Shown in pieces: positions 28,957-38,190 of a stretch of 64,000 nt of DNA (the stretch's first letter is position 1; the number at the start of each line of letters is the position of its first letter). Below the pieces are notes generated by a model, which was not told the DNA's origin, searched no databases, and saw only the letters and a list, made by a program, of their open reading frames with translations. The DNA comes from an uncultured Clostridia bacterium. Its GTDB lineage: Bacteria > Bacillota > Clostridia > TANB77 > CAG-465. A program made the position numbers and the translations under genes. The stretch is from NCBI GenBank assembly GCA_934130325.1, contig CAKOYA010000002.1, positions 16,098 through 80,097 of the forward strand, in the 5' to 3' direction.

Positions 28957-29743
28957 AAATTTAATAAAAATTTTTGTAAATAGATTAAAATGTTTTAAAG
29001 AAATTGAAATGAATCTAGAAAATTTAACTAAAAAGCTGTCAAAAAAAGGAAAATTATTTAATTCATATACCATTATATACACATCATTTATTATATCAAT
29101 TATATGCTTTTTCATTTTATTTAATTATTCAAAATTAATAATTAGTTCTATTTTATTTTCAGTAATTATACTTTTTTTTCCATTAACTATTATAGAAATT
29201 GTAGTAAATTTTATAGATTCGAAGATAAAAAAAGAATTTATTCTTTTAATAATTAATCTCCAAAGTTTTTCAAAAAGTACAAATAATATTATTTTAGGGT
29301 TTAAAGAAATAAAAATACATGGATATATAAAAAGGTATATAGATAATTTTAACACGTTAATAAGTAGTGGATTTAGTATTGGACAAGCTTTTGATAATTT
29401 AATCAAAGAAATTAACATCAGAGAAATTGGGAATATTATATATTTGCTAAAATTAAATTATATAAATGGTGGGGATTCATATGAAATTTTAAAAGAATCA
29501 CATAATTATTTATTTGAAATGGAAAAAATAAAACAAAATGAAATTGAAAAAAAATTTAATATTTTAGCTATTTTTATGGTTATATTAGCAATAAATATAT
29601 TTTTTTTAGTATTTTTTGTACTAAAAAATAATGAATATAAAAAAATACTGTTAAATACATTTTTTGGAAAAATTATATTGGATTTTAATAGTTTTATATA
29701 TTTTTTAGCATATTTTTATTTAAAAAAATTAATTAAGGAGTGA
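28949..29743 (+). CDS. TadB/TadC-like (GspF family) platform membrane protein
   Basis: TM - cytoplasmic helical domain - TM topology. Directly downstream of and overlapping the CpaF-like gene. Confidence 0.6.
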   Translation: MFKNLIKIFVNRLKCFKEIEMNLENLTKKLSKKGKLFNSYTIIYTSFIISIICFFILFNYSKLIISSILFSVIILFFPLTIIEIVVNFIDSKIKKEFILLIINLQSFSKSTNNIILGFKEIKIHGYIKRYIDNFNTLISSGFSIGQAFDNLIKEINIREIGNIIYLLKLNYINGGDSYEILKESHNYLFEMEKIKQNEIEKKFNILAIFMVILAINIFFLVFFVLKNNEYKKILLNTFFGKIILDFNSFIYFLAYFYLKKLIKE

Positions 29744-29747
29744 TAAT

Positions 29748-30479
29748 ATGGAAAATACTTTAAGTTTTAATAACTTAAATAATGAAATTAATTTAGATAA
29801 AAGTTTAAATCTTGAGGTAAAAAATACTGAAAAAGCTTTTTCTAATATTGTACAAAACACAATTGGAAAGGGAGCAGATTATGTTATAAAAACTATGCCG
29901 GTAAGTGAACCTATTAAGAATATTTTACTTGATGTAAGAAAATCGTTTGAAAGTAGAGATTTTAAAAAAATATTAAGTACGGCTATTCAAAGTAGTATTG
30001 AAGAGGGAGTAAAATTTTTAAATATTCCTAAAAATTGTTTAAGAGATATTTCAACTATAGTAAATGCATCATTTAAAGGAGGTTTGAAAGAGGCTGTTTC
30101 GGCAACAATAGATATTGTAGCAAATAAATATTTAAAAAATAATATTTTTTACAATTTTGTAAAAGATTTTATAAATAAAACAAAGGCGTTTGTCTTTAAT
30201 AGAGATTTTAAGGATAGAATAGATAAATCAGTGCAAAATTTACTGAAAAAAGTGGAAAACTATAAAGAAAAGTGCAATGAGTGGTATGAAAGTTATAATA
30301 AATTGGATTTTAATAAAATTAACGATTTAGCTAAATCATTAAATAAGGAAAAGAAGTTTGTAAATTCAAATTCAGAGTGTTTGAAACAAAATAATATAAT
30401 ACAAAATATGACAAAATTAGTAAATGTAAAAAAAGATAAATTATCAAATATTCAAATGCAAATTTGTAGCAATTTATAG
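29748..30479 (+). CDS. hypothetical soluble helical protein, last gene of the operon
   Basis: RBS AAGGAG. No TM segment, signal peptide or recognisable motif. Confidence 0.5.
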   Translation: MENTLSFNNLNNEINLDKSLNLEVKNTEKAFSNIVQNTIGKGADYVIKTMPVSEPIKNILLDVRKSFESRDFKKILSTAIQSSIEEGVKFLNIPKNCLRDISTIVNASFKGGLKEAVSATIDIVANKYLKNNIFYNFVKDFINKTKAFVFNRDFKDRIDKSVQNLLKKVENYKEKCNEWYESYNKLDFNKINDLAKSLNKEKKFVNSNSECLKQNNIIQNMTKLVNVKKDKLSNIQMQICSNL

Positions 30480-30526
30480 TATAAAAATCATCATATTTAA
30501 TTATAATAAAAATATGGTGAATTTAT

Positions 30527-31744
30527 ATGAAAATACAAAAAGTTGATGGTAATGAAAATGAAAAAAACGAAATTACAAAAAGACAAATTATTATACTTAT
30601 TATACTTTTATTAGTTTTAGTTTTTGTAATTTATCAAGCATATATTTTAACTCTATATACTTTTGGAAAAAAAGAAAAGAAACAATTAAAATTATATAAT
30701 TATTGTGATAGTATAATATCTAAAGTAATGGGAAAAGAAATTATATTAAAGGAAGAGTATTCACTTAAATTTGCAGGAATTGGTGATATTAGCGCATCTG
30801 AAAAATTAGGAAACTTTAAAGTTTTACAAAATTATAATAATATATTAGGATTAACTCAAGTTATAGATAAATTAAATACATATGATATTATAACTGCCAG
30901 TGTAAGTGGATCAATATTAAAAGAAAATTATGATTTTGAGGGGATAATGAAATTACTAAAAAATTCTAATATTTCTACTGTTGCTCTTGCAAATTACAAT
31001 ATATTTAATAAAAATGAAAGTGGATTAATAAAGACTATTGAGAATTTAGATGAAAATGGAATTAATCAAATTGGGGCAAATAGCACTAACACAAGAAAAG
31101 ATCCAATTATAATAAGTAAAAATCAAATATCTATAGGATTTTTATCATATACTACAAAGACAAATCAAAAATTAAATAAAAATAATACAAATATGGTAAA
31201 TATATTTTCAGATGAGAATTTAAAATACGATTTGGAATATTTAAATTCAAAAAATGTAGATTTTATTGTTGCATATTTAAATGTTCCTACAAATAATTCT
31301 AACGTTATTACATATGAGCAAAAAAATATAGTAGAAAAACTTTTTTTATCCGGAGTTGACGTAGTACTTGGAACAGGGAATACTAATGTACAGGAACAAA
31401 TAGAAGAAGTGGAAATAGATAAACCTGTATACGCAATATATAGTTTAGGAAATTTTTATGGAAATTTTGAAGATAATGAAGAAAATTTTAGTGTAATTGC
31501 AAATATTGAATTTAAAAAGAATGTAACAAAAGATCAAGATGGAAATTTAAAGCAGGTAGAAAAGGATATGATTATGAATGAACCTATTACTGTGTTAAAA
31601 GATATTAATAAAAATAAAATTGAATATATTATGTTGAGTGAAGAAATAAAAAGATATGATGAAGGAAATTCTAATATTACATTAGAATATTATAATAAAA
31701 TAAAAAATATGGAAAATAGGCTAAAAAACATTATAGATCCATAA
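30527..31744 (+). CDS. CapA/PGA_cap-family metallophosphatase-like membrane-anchored protein
   Basis: N-terminal TM. LKFAGIGDI and ALANYN...ENGINQIGA blocks resemble CapA family motifs. Confidence 0.55.
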   Translation: MKIQKVDGNENEKNEITKRQIIILIILLLVLVFVIYQAYILTLYTFGKKEKKQLKLYNYCDSIISKVMGKEIILKEEYSLKFAGIGDISASEKLGNFKVLQNYNNILGLTQVIDKLNTYDIITASVSGSILKENYDFEGIMKLLKNSNISTVALANYNIFNKNESGLIKTIENLDENGINQIGANSTNTRKDPIIISKNQISIGFLSYTTKTNQKLNKNNTNMVNIFSDENLKYDLEYLNSKNVDFIVAYLNVPTNNSNVITYEQKNIVEKLFLSGVDVVLGTGNTNVQEQIEEVEIDKPVYAIYSLGNFYGNFEDNEENFSVIANIEFKKNVTKDQDGNLKQVEKDMIMNEPITVLKDINKNKIEYIMLSEEIKRYDEGNSNITLEYYNKIKNMENRLKNIIDP

Positions 31745-31843
31745 TAAATATAATAAATATATTGACTTATACCTATATATGTAGTATATATAAGTGTAAG
31801 TTTATATTTTTTGACAAATTTAATTAAAGGAGTTGTTTTTATA

Positions 31844-33691
31844 ATGAAAGTATATTTTAATTCTTGGAATGAAAAATTTAAACGGCCATTTGGTGCCATT
31901 TGTTCAAATTCTACATGTAAATTTAATATTAAAATTGAAGAACTAAATGGTCAATTTGATGTGAAATTGGTATTATTTGAAGATGGAAAGTGGGAGAGAT
32001 ACCAAGCTAAAGAGTATTTATTAAAAAAAATTAGCGATGATGTATATTCTACTGAAGTTAAATTTTTAAAAATTGGATATTATTTTTATTATTTTGAAAT
32101 AATATTTAATAACAAATTATTAAATATTGTTTTGGATCCGCTAACAAATAATGCTAAAATTTGTAATGATACTTACAATAAATGGCAAGTTACAGTATAT
32201 GATAAAGAATTGGATTGTAAGAAAACTGGTTTTGAAAATTCTGTAATGTATCAGATATTTCCAGATAGCTTTTACAGGGATAAAGTTTTGCAAGATGGAA
32301 TTCTCCCTGATAGGAAAATAGTTGAAACAGGATATTTAAATATTGTGGATGATTCAAGCAGAGTAAATGTAAAGAATAACACGTATTATGGTGGAAATAT
32401 AGATGGAATACGTAAAAAATTGCCGTATTTACGTGAACTTGGTATAAATATTATATATCTTAATCCCATATTTGAGGCACATTCAAATCATAGATACAAT
32501 ACTGCTAATTTTATGCAGTTAGATCCATTGTTGGGAAAAAATAAAGACTTTACTCAGTTTTGTGATGAAGCACACAAAATGGGAATAAGTATTATTTTGG
32601 ATGGTGTGTTTAATCATGTTGGCGCAGATAGCATTTACTTTAATAAGTTTAAAAGATATCCAAATGAAGGAGCATTTAATTCAAAGTCTAGTATTTATTA
32701 TCCTTGGTTTAAAAATAATTTTTTTACTTATCCTAACAGCTATAAAGGTTGGTGGGGAGATGCTAATGGACTGCCTGCTGTTGATACGTTTTCACCTGAG
32801 TATATTGAATATATTTGTGGTAAAAACGGTGTGGTAAAGACTTGGCTTGAAAGAGGTGCGGATGGTTTTAGACTGGATGTTATTGATGAGTTACCAAATG
32901 AATTTATTGATATATTATGTGATTCAATAAAAAAGTATGGCGGAAAAATTATAATAGGTGAAGTTTGGGAAGATGCAACTGAAAAATTTGATATGTATGG
33001 AACTAGAAGAAGGTATTTATTAGGTGAACAAATAGATACTGTAATGAATTATCCTTTCTTTAACTCTGCATATAATTATATTAAATATGGAGATTTTTTA
33101 AATATATATGCGGGGACAATGAGAATTTTGGAGCATTATCCTAAGTATTCTATAAATTTGCTTATGAATTTGATTTCTACTCATGATATTGAAAGAATAA
33201 GTAATAGACTTGCAAATGAGGGAAAAAGGGAATTCACTCGTGAACAAATTGAATTTTCAAGAAAAATGTTGCCTTTATTACTAACGATGCAGTTTACATT
33301 TCCTGGGATTCCGTGTATCTACTATGGTGATGAAATTGCTATGATGGGAAGAGGTAATCTAGAAAACAGAAAGTATTTTGATTGGAATTGCAAAGATAAA
33401 ACTTTTATAAACTATATAAAAGAATTATCAAATATCAAAAAAAATAATTTAGCATGTTCTGGAGATTTTAAATTTTTGTATTTAACTCAAGATTTATTAA
33501 TATATAAAAGAAATTATTTAAATAATGTGTTAATCATTATTATTAATAGGTCAGATAAAACATATCATTTAAAAGATATAGAAGTTTTAAAAAGCGTGCT
33601 AAAAAATAGTAATATCATTTTTACAACATCTGCTAGTAATAGTATTGAAAAAATATATCCATATAGTGCGATAATTGTAGATAGATTCTGA
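31844..33691 (+). CDS. GH13 alpha-amylase family glycosidase (neopullulanase/cyclomaltodextrinase-like)
   Basis: GH13 regions DGVFNHVG, GFRLDVIDE, GEVWED, LISTHDIER. ATG 31844 follows AAAGGAG. Confidence 0.88.
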   Translation: MKVYFNSWNEKFKRPFGAICSNSTCKFNIKIEELNGQFDVKLVLFEDGKWERYQAKEYLLKKISDDVYSTEVKFLKIGYYFYYFEIIFNNKLLNIVLDPLTNNAKICNDTYNKWQVTVYDKELDCKKTGFENSVMYQIFPDSFYRDKVLQDGILPDRKIVETGYLNIVDDSSRVNVKNNTYYGGNIDGIRKKLPYLRELGINIIYLNPIFEAHSNHRYNTANFMQLDPLLGKNKDFTQFCDEAHKMGISIILDGVFNHVGADSIYFNKFKRYPNEGAFNSKSSIYYPWFKNNFFTYPNSYKGWWGDANGLPAVDTFSPEYIEYICGKNGVVKTWLERGADGFRLDVIDELPNEFIDILCDSIKKYGGKIIIGEVWEDATEKFDMYGTRRRYLLGEQIDTVMNYPFFNSAYNYIKYGDFLNIYAGTMRILEHYPKYSINLLMNLISTHDIERISNRLANEGKREFTREQIEFSRKMLPLLLTMQFTFPGIPCIYYGDEIAMMGRGNLENRKYFDWNCKDKTFINYIKELSNIKKNNLACSGDFKFLYLTQDLLIYKRNYLNNVLIIIINRSDKTYHLKDIEVLKSVLKNSNIIFTTSASNSIEKIYPYSAIIVDRF

Positions 33692-33707
33692 TTTAAATTC
33701 TTAAATA

Positions 33708-33739
33708 AAAAGATAAAAGTATTTGCTTTTATCTTTTTT
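33708..33739 (+). terminator. rho-independent terminator
   Basis: AAAAGATAAAAG / CTTTTATCTTTT 12-bp stem plus T-run. Confidence 0.8.
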
Positions 33740-33778
33740 GTATTATATAATATTTTTATATTGAAAGGATGAATAAAA

Positions 33779-34117
33779 ATGGATTTTAATAAAAAATTAA
33801 ATGAATTGGCCCAGAGTTTAAAAAACTCAAATGAATATATAGAATTTATAAATTTAAAAAATGAGGTAAAAAAAGATGAAAATGCTTTTAATATGCTAAA
33901 GGAATTTAAAAGTAAACAAAAATCTCAACAGTTAAAATATCTAAATGGTAGTGAAACATCAAAATCAGAGGAAACAGAATTACAGAATTTATACTCAATT
34001 TTAGTTCAAAATGAGAATATAAGAAAAATGCTTGAGTGCGAAATGAAAATAAATATATACTTAGCTAATGTTCAAAAAGTAATGGGAGACGCAATTAAGG
34101 AGATAGTTGATTTTTAA
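33779..34117 (+). CDS. YlbF/YmcA family regulator
   Basis: 112-aa helical protein with family-typical N-terminal LAQSLKNSNEYIEF...K motif. Confidence 0.6.
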   Translation: MDFNKKLNELAQSLKNSNEYIEFINLKNEVKKDENAFNMLKEFKSKQKSQQLKYLNGSETSKSEETELQNLYSILVQNENIRKMLECEMKINIYLANVQKVMGDAIKEIVDF

Positions 34118-34743
34118 TGAGTTTTTTAGATAAATTTAAATGTCTAGGCAAGCAGAATAATGATAGTGCATTAAATCAAATTTCAAGTACATTGCCAGTT
34201 AATGAAGAGATTGCAAAAACAATTTTAAATAAATTAGGAAATAAAACTTCTAAGGTAGTTTTTGATAAAGATATTAAAAATAGTTATTATGTATATTTTA
34301 AAGATACTATATATATATCAGAAAGTAGAAGAAACAACAAATATACAAGAGTATGTCTTATAGCACATGAATGTGCACATTCGATGCAATCTAAGGGGTT
34401 ACAGAGGGTTAACTTTATATTATCAAATATTGAGATTTTAGCTTTTATTATTTGCTTTATATTCATTTTAGTTTCAAAAATAGATAATATATTTTATATT
34501 TATTTGTTATTTTGCATAATTTCAATTATTCCTAGGGGAATCTTGGAAGTTGATGCAATAAAGAAATCTTTAAATATATCATCTAATTATTTAAAGCCAA
34601 TTTTAAATAATAAAGATTATAATTTAATAATGTATGCATATACAAGGCAAATTAAGTTTTTAATGCCTTTTGCAATTATTACATTATTTTTTGAAAAAAT
34701 ACTTAGATGTTTAATACTTTTTTTATTAACATTTTTAATATAA
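34117..34743 (+). CDS. membrane zinc metallopeptidase-like protein (HExxH)
   Basis: HECAHSMQ motif followed by several TM helices. Confidence 0.55.
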   Translation: MSFLDKFKCLGKQNNDSALNQISSTLPVNEEIAKTILNKLGNKTSKVVFDKDIKNSYYVYFKDTIYISESRRNNKYTRVCLIAHECAHSMQSKGLQRVNFILSNIEILAFIICFIFILVSKIDNIFYIYLLFCIISIIPRGILEVDAIKKSLNISSNYLKPILNNKDYNLIMYAYTRQIKFLMPFAIITLFFEKILRCLILFLLTFLI

Positions 34744-34788
34744 ATTATATTCGATATACATAGTATATATTGGGTGATAAGTTTGAAA

Positions 34789-34917
34789 ATGACAGATAAA
34801 CAAAAATATATTTCATATATAGCTTTAGTGATTATTATATTACTTATTTTTTTTGTTAAAGAATATCTGTATCCTACAGAAATTATTAATAATAATTTGG
34901 ATCGGAAAAGAGATTGA
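34789..34917 (+). CDS. possible 42-aa single-TM peptide
   Basis: MTDKQKYISYIALVIIILLIFFVKEYLYPTEIINNNLDRKRD. Weak RBS. Confidence 0.25.
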   Translation: MTDKQKYISYIALVIIILLIFFVKEYLYPTEIINNNLDRKRD

Positions 34918-35033
34918 AATATATCATGAGTTTATAAATTGATTTTTTGTGATATTTTTGATAAATAAATATGATTTTTAATTGTTTGTATTATATTTTA
35001 TAAAGTGCATATATATGTATAAGGTGATATAAT

Positions 35034-35258
35034 TTGAAATTATCAAAATATAAAAAAAGTATATGTTTATTTTGCTGTATTATAGGTATTATTACTGTAA
35101 TATACAGTATAGTTAATGTAGTAAAAGTATCGAATCAAACTGCTAAGGTAAATGCACTTCCTATAACCAATAAAGTTATAGTAATTGATGCAGGACATGG
35201 GTTACCAGATGAGGGGGCGTTCTTATTGTACAAAAAGAATAAACAACTAACCTTTTAA
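35034..35258 (+). CDS. cwlD: cwlD 5' segment (N-acetylmuramoyl-L-alanine amidase, germination-specific), truncated by the insert after codon 61
   Basis: TTG start after AAGGTGA. Signal anchor, then VIVIDAGHGLPDEGA (Amidase_3 zinc-ligand motif). Downstream of 35218 the sequence is unrelated and stops at 35258. Confidence 0.85.
   Translation: MKLSKYKKSICLFCCIIGIITVIYSIVNVVKVSNQTAKVNALPITNKVIVIDAGHGLPDEGAFLLYKKNKQLTF
35208..35218 (+). repeat. left junction core (attL) GATGAGGGGGC
   Basis: Identical 11-mer at 39776-39786. Confidence 0.9.
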
Positions 35259-35603
35259 AAATAAAGCAATGGGGTGCGTTACTTCACTTTATTTTTTTTA
35301 TGGATAGGGGATAAATTACAGAACAAAATTGATATTATAGATAGGATTAAAGACATGGCTATAAACATAATTTTATAGGTAAGTAGAAAATCAAGCTATA
35401 ATTTTTGCATATTCAAAAAAATAAAAAAAGGTTTACAGGGTAGTTTATAAAATATTAAAATAAACTATCCTTATATTTTTGAATTTATAAAATTAAAATA
35501 CTTTGAAAAAAAGTACTGATTATAAAATGAAAATTAAATATAGAACGTACTGAGTAAGAATGGCATGAGTTGAAAGCCATCCTTTTTTAAAATTATTTAG
35601 AAG

Positions 35604-36167
35604 TCAAGTAGACAGATCCTTTTTACAATGGTTTTGAAATTCTTGAGCAGTTATTCCATACTTTGGTTTTGAGTATTGGTTTAGAATATAACCACTAGAT
35701 AAATCACTTAAATTATATATTTCTTTAATCCATGATTTAAAAGAACTTGAGATAGCCTCTATTGCTTCTTCTTTTGAGTTATATTCAAACACACCTGTTT
35801 CATTTGAAGAAGAATTGTCTTCAATGTTATACCATTTGTTATTTTGCCTAAAAATAATAAAAGTATGAGTATTGTGAATTTTTAACTTATCGTTTATATA
35901 TTCAATATAATAAGTTTCATTATACAAATTTTTGGCATCTAAATAATATCTTAAAAGTTCAACAACATCCCAACACCAAGCACATTTATTTTTAATTACT
36001 TGTTTGGGAGATTGTAAGATATATAAGCTATCTATATCAACATTTTCAAAATCAGTAGGATAGTATTTTTTTTCCGCTTTATCTACAAATCCGTAATATA
36101 TATTGCTTTTAATATATGTGTAGAATTTTTGTGGGGAAAGTTTTACCAATTCTTCCAATTTAATCAC
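35604..36167 (-). CDS. hypothetical cargo protein of the element (possible Cys/His hydrolase fold)
   Basis: 187 aa. KCAWCWD ... HTHTFIIF ... YNIED spacing suggests a Cys-His-Asp triad. No firm family assignment. Confidence 0.4.
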   Translation of the reverse strand: MIKLEELVKLSPQKFYTYIKSNIYYGFVDKAEKKYYPTDFENVDIDSLYILQSPKQVIKNKCAWCWDVVELLRYYLDAKNLYNETYYIEYINDKLKIHNTHTFIIFRQNNKWYNIEDNSSSNETGVFEYNSKEEAIEAISSSFKSWIKEIYNLSDLSSGYILNQYSKPKYGITAQEFQNHCKKDLST

Positions 36168-36366
36168 CTAATATATAATAACACAACGATAATAAATATT
36201 CAAATATGTAATGTTAAATTTTAAATTCCAAAACAACACTTACTCAGATTTATGTTCTTTTGAAAACAATTACGAAGATGAAAGAAAAAGAACAATTCTG
36301 TCAATGACAAACTTGATGAGTAATATTTTTTATTTTAGGGAATAGAGTTTATCAAGGGGGGAAAAT

Positions 36367-36516
36367 ATGCCAAAAACTGAAAATACAGAAAAATTTGTTG
36401 TTGAAAACAAAGAATATATAGTAATATCTAAAAGCTATAATAAAGTTGATGAAGATGTTATATATGATATATTAAGTAGATATGCTCTTCAAAGGTTAAA
36501 CTGTAATGTATTTTAA
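36367..36516 (+). CDS. 49-aa TnpW-like small protein preceding the recombinases
   Basis: GGGGGG RBS. MPKTENTEKFVVENKEYIVISKSYNKVDEDVIYDILSRYALQRLNCNVF. Its size, position and pattern resemble small ORFs upstream of clostridial serine recombinases. This comes from memory of the family, not a search. Confidence 0.4.
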   Translation: MPKTENTEKFVVENKEYIVISKSYNKVDEDVIYDILSRYALQRLNCNVF

Positions 36517-36546
36517 AAGATAGTAACTAAATTAATGAAAGTCGTC

Positions 36547-36581
36547 TTTACAATAATACTAGTATAGAATATTATTGTAAA
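36547..36581. promoter_or_regulatory. perfect 12-bp inverted repeat upstream of recombinase 1 (operator or terminator)
   Basis: TTTACAATAATA-11 nt-TATTATTGTAAA. Confidence 0.4.
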
Positions 36582-36624
36582 AAGTTAGTTGCTATCTTTT
36601 TTTATGAAAGGAGAGCAACAAGCT

Positions 36625-38190
36625 ATGGAATACAAAAAGTTTAAAGTAGCAGGATATTTGAGATTATCACAAGATGATGGTGATAAAGAAGTAAGTGATA
36701 GTATAGTTAGTCAAAGAACAATCATAGAGAATAAAATTAAAGAATTAGGAAGAGATTTTGAATTAGTAGATTTCTATATTGATGACGGATATACAGGATT
36801 AAATACAGATAGACCTGCATTCCAAAAAATGTTATTTGATATAGAAAAAGGCATTATAAATACAGTAGTAACAAAAGACTTGTCCAGATTAAGCCGTAAT
36901 AGTTTTGAGGCAAATTATTATATTGAAATCTATTTTTTAGAAAGAAATATAAGGTACATATCAGTTCTAGATAATGTAGATACATATATTAAAAATTCTA
37001 ATAATGATATGATTCAATTTAAAACTCTTATAAATGATTGGTATAGTAAAGATATCTCGAGAAAAGTTAGAACAGCAGTATGGGCTAGAAAAGAGAAAGG
37101 TTTATATTTGGGAGCATTGGCTCCTTATGGTTATGATAAGGCAAAAGAAAATAAAAATCAATTAGTAATAAATGAGAGTCAAGCAAAGGTAATTAGGCTT
37201 ATATTTGATATGTTTGATAATGGGGTTGCAGCAAAAGAAATAGCAGATCATTTAAAAAGACAAAAAATCAAATGTCCTAGTTATTATGATTTTGGTGGTG
37301 CAAGAAGTGGTGAGTATAATTGGAAAAGCGAAACTGTTAGAAGACTATTAAAAAACAAAGTATATTTAGGTCATACTGAATATGGAAAGCGTTTAAATTT
37401 AAGTTATAAATCAAAAAAAGTAAAAACAGTTCCAAGAGAAGATTGGAAGATTGTAGAAAATACTCATGAGCCCATAATTTTTAAAGAGCAATTTGAAAGA
37501 GTGCAAAGAAAATTAGAAATACGAAAAAAAATTAGAAATCCTTTATATGTTTGGGGGTTAAATGGAATTGTATATTGTAAAGAGTGTGGTACTAAAATGC
37601 AAGTTAAAGTAAGGCGAGATAAAAATTACGAAGTAAAATATACAGATTTAATATGTGGTTCTACATATAGAAAAGGAAAAAATATAAGCTGTGAAAGAAA
37701 ATATAAAGCTTTTGCTGAGAAATCTTTTAATAAAATAATTTATGATACTATAAACAAAAAATTAAATAAGATTATAAAGAGTGATAAGTTAAAAGAAATT
37801 ATTGAAAAAAATTATAACAATAATTCTAATAAAGTATTTAATGATAATATTGAGTTATTAAAGAAGCAATTAAAAAAAGTAGAAAATATTATTTCATCTT
37901 TATATATTGATTTAAAAGAAGAAATAATTGATTTAGATGACTATAAAAAACTTTATAAAAGTGAACAAGAAAGAAAATTGTCAATAAAATCTGAAATAGA
38001 AAATTTACAAAATAAAAAAGAGGATAGAGCTAAAATTTCTAAGAAACAACTTATAAAGGTTACAAATGATTTATTAGATTGTAAGAAGTGGACAGCAGAA
38101 ATGTTATCAGAAATTATCTATAATATTCAAATAGATAAAGAAAATCATATTTATATTAATTATAAATATGATATATTTACGGAGGTGTAG
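36625..38190 (+). CDS. large serine recombinase 1
   Basis: The start MEYKKFKVAGYLRLSQDD follows AAGGAGAG. Resolvase catalytic domain (YLRLS..., DDGYTGLNTDRPAF, VTKDLSRLSRN). Recombinase domain. Cys-rich zinc ribbon (CKECGTKM...C). C-terminal coiled coil. Confidence 0.9.
   Translation: MEYKKFKVAGYLRLSQDDGDKEVSDSIVSQRTIIENKIKELGRDFELVDFYIDDGYTGLNTDRPAFQKMLFDIEKGIINTVVTKDLSRLSRNSFEANYYIEIYFLERNIRYISVLDNVDTYIKNSNNDMIQFKTLINDWYSKDISRKVRTAVWARKEKGLYLGALAPYGYDKAKENKNQLVINESQAKVIRLIFDMFDNGVAAKEIADHLKRQKIKCPSYYDFGGARSGEYNWKSETVRRLLKNKVYLGHTEYGKRLNLSYKSKKVKTVPREDWKIVENTHEPIIFKEQFERVQRKLEIRKKIRNPLYVWGLNGIVYCKECGTKMQVKVRRDKNYEVKYTDLICGSTYRKGKNISCERKYKAFAEKSFNKIIYDTINKKLNKIIKSDKLKEIIEKNYNNNSNKVFNDNIELLKKQLKKVENIISSLYIDLKEEIIDLDDYKKLYKSEQERKLSIKSEIENLQNKKEDRAKISKKQLIKVTNDLLDCKKWTAEMLSEIIYNIQIDKENHIYINYKYDIFTEV

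Noticed and set aside
24305-30479. Interpretation of the VirB4/Tad cluster as an integrative conjugative element
   Set aside because: No relaxase, coupling protein, integrase, oriT-like repeat or flanking direct repeats are visible. The surrounding genes are ordinary chromosomal genes. Remnant status is kept only as an alternative hypothesis.
32601-32837. Same-strand 78-aa ORF inside the GH13 gene
   Set aside because: It is an alternative frame within a gene whose main frame carries all four GH13 signature regions.
35550-36247. 9-bp inverted repeat CTGAGTAAG / CTTACTCAG flanking the cargo gene of the cwlD element
   Set aside because: Only 9 bp match and there is no further symmetry. This cannot be distinguished from chance without a search, so it is not reported as a nested element.
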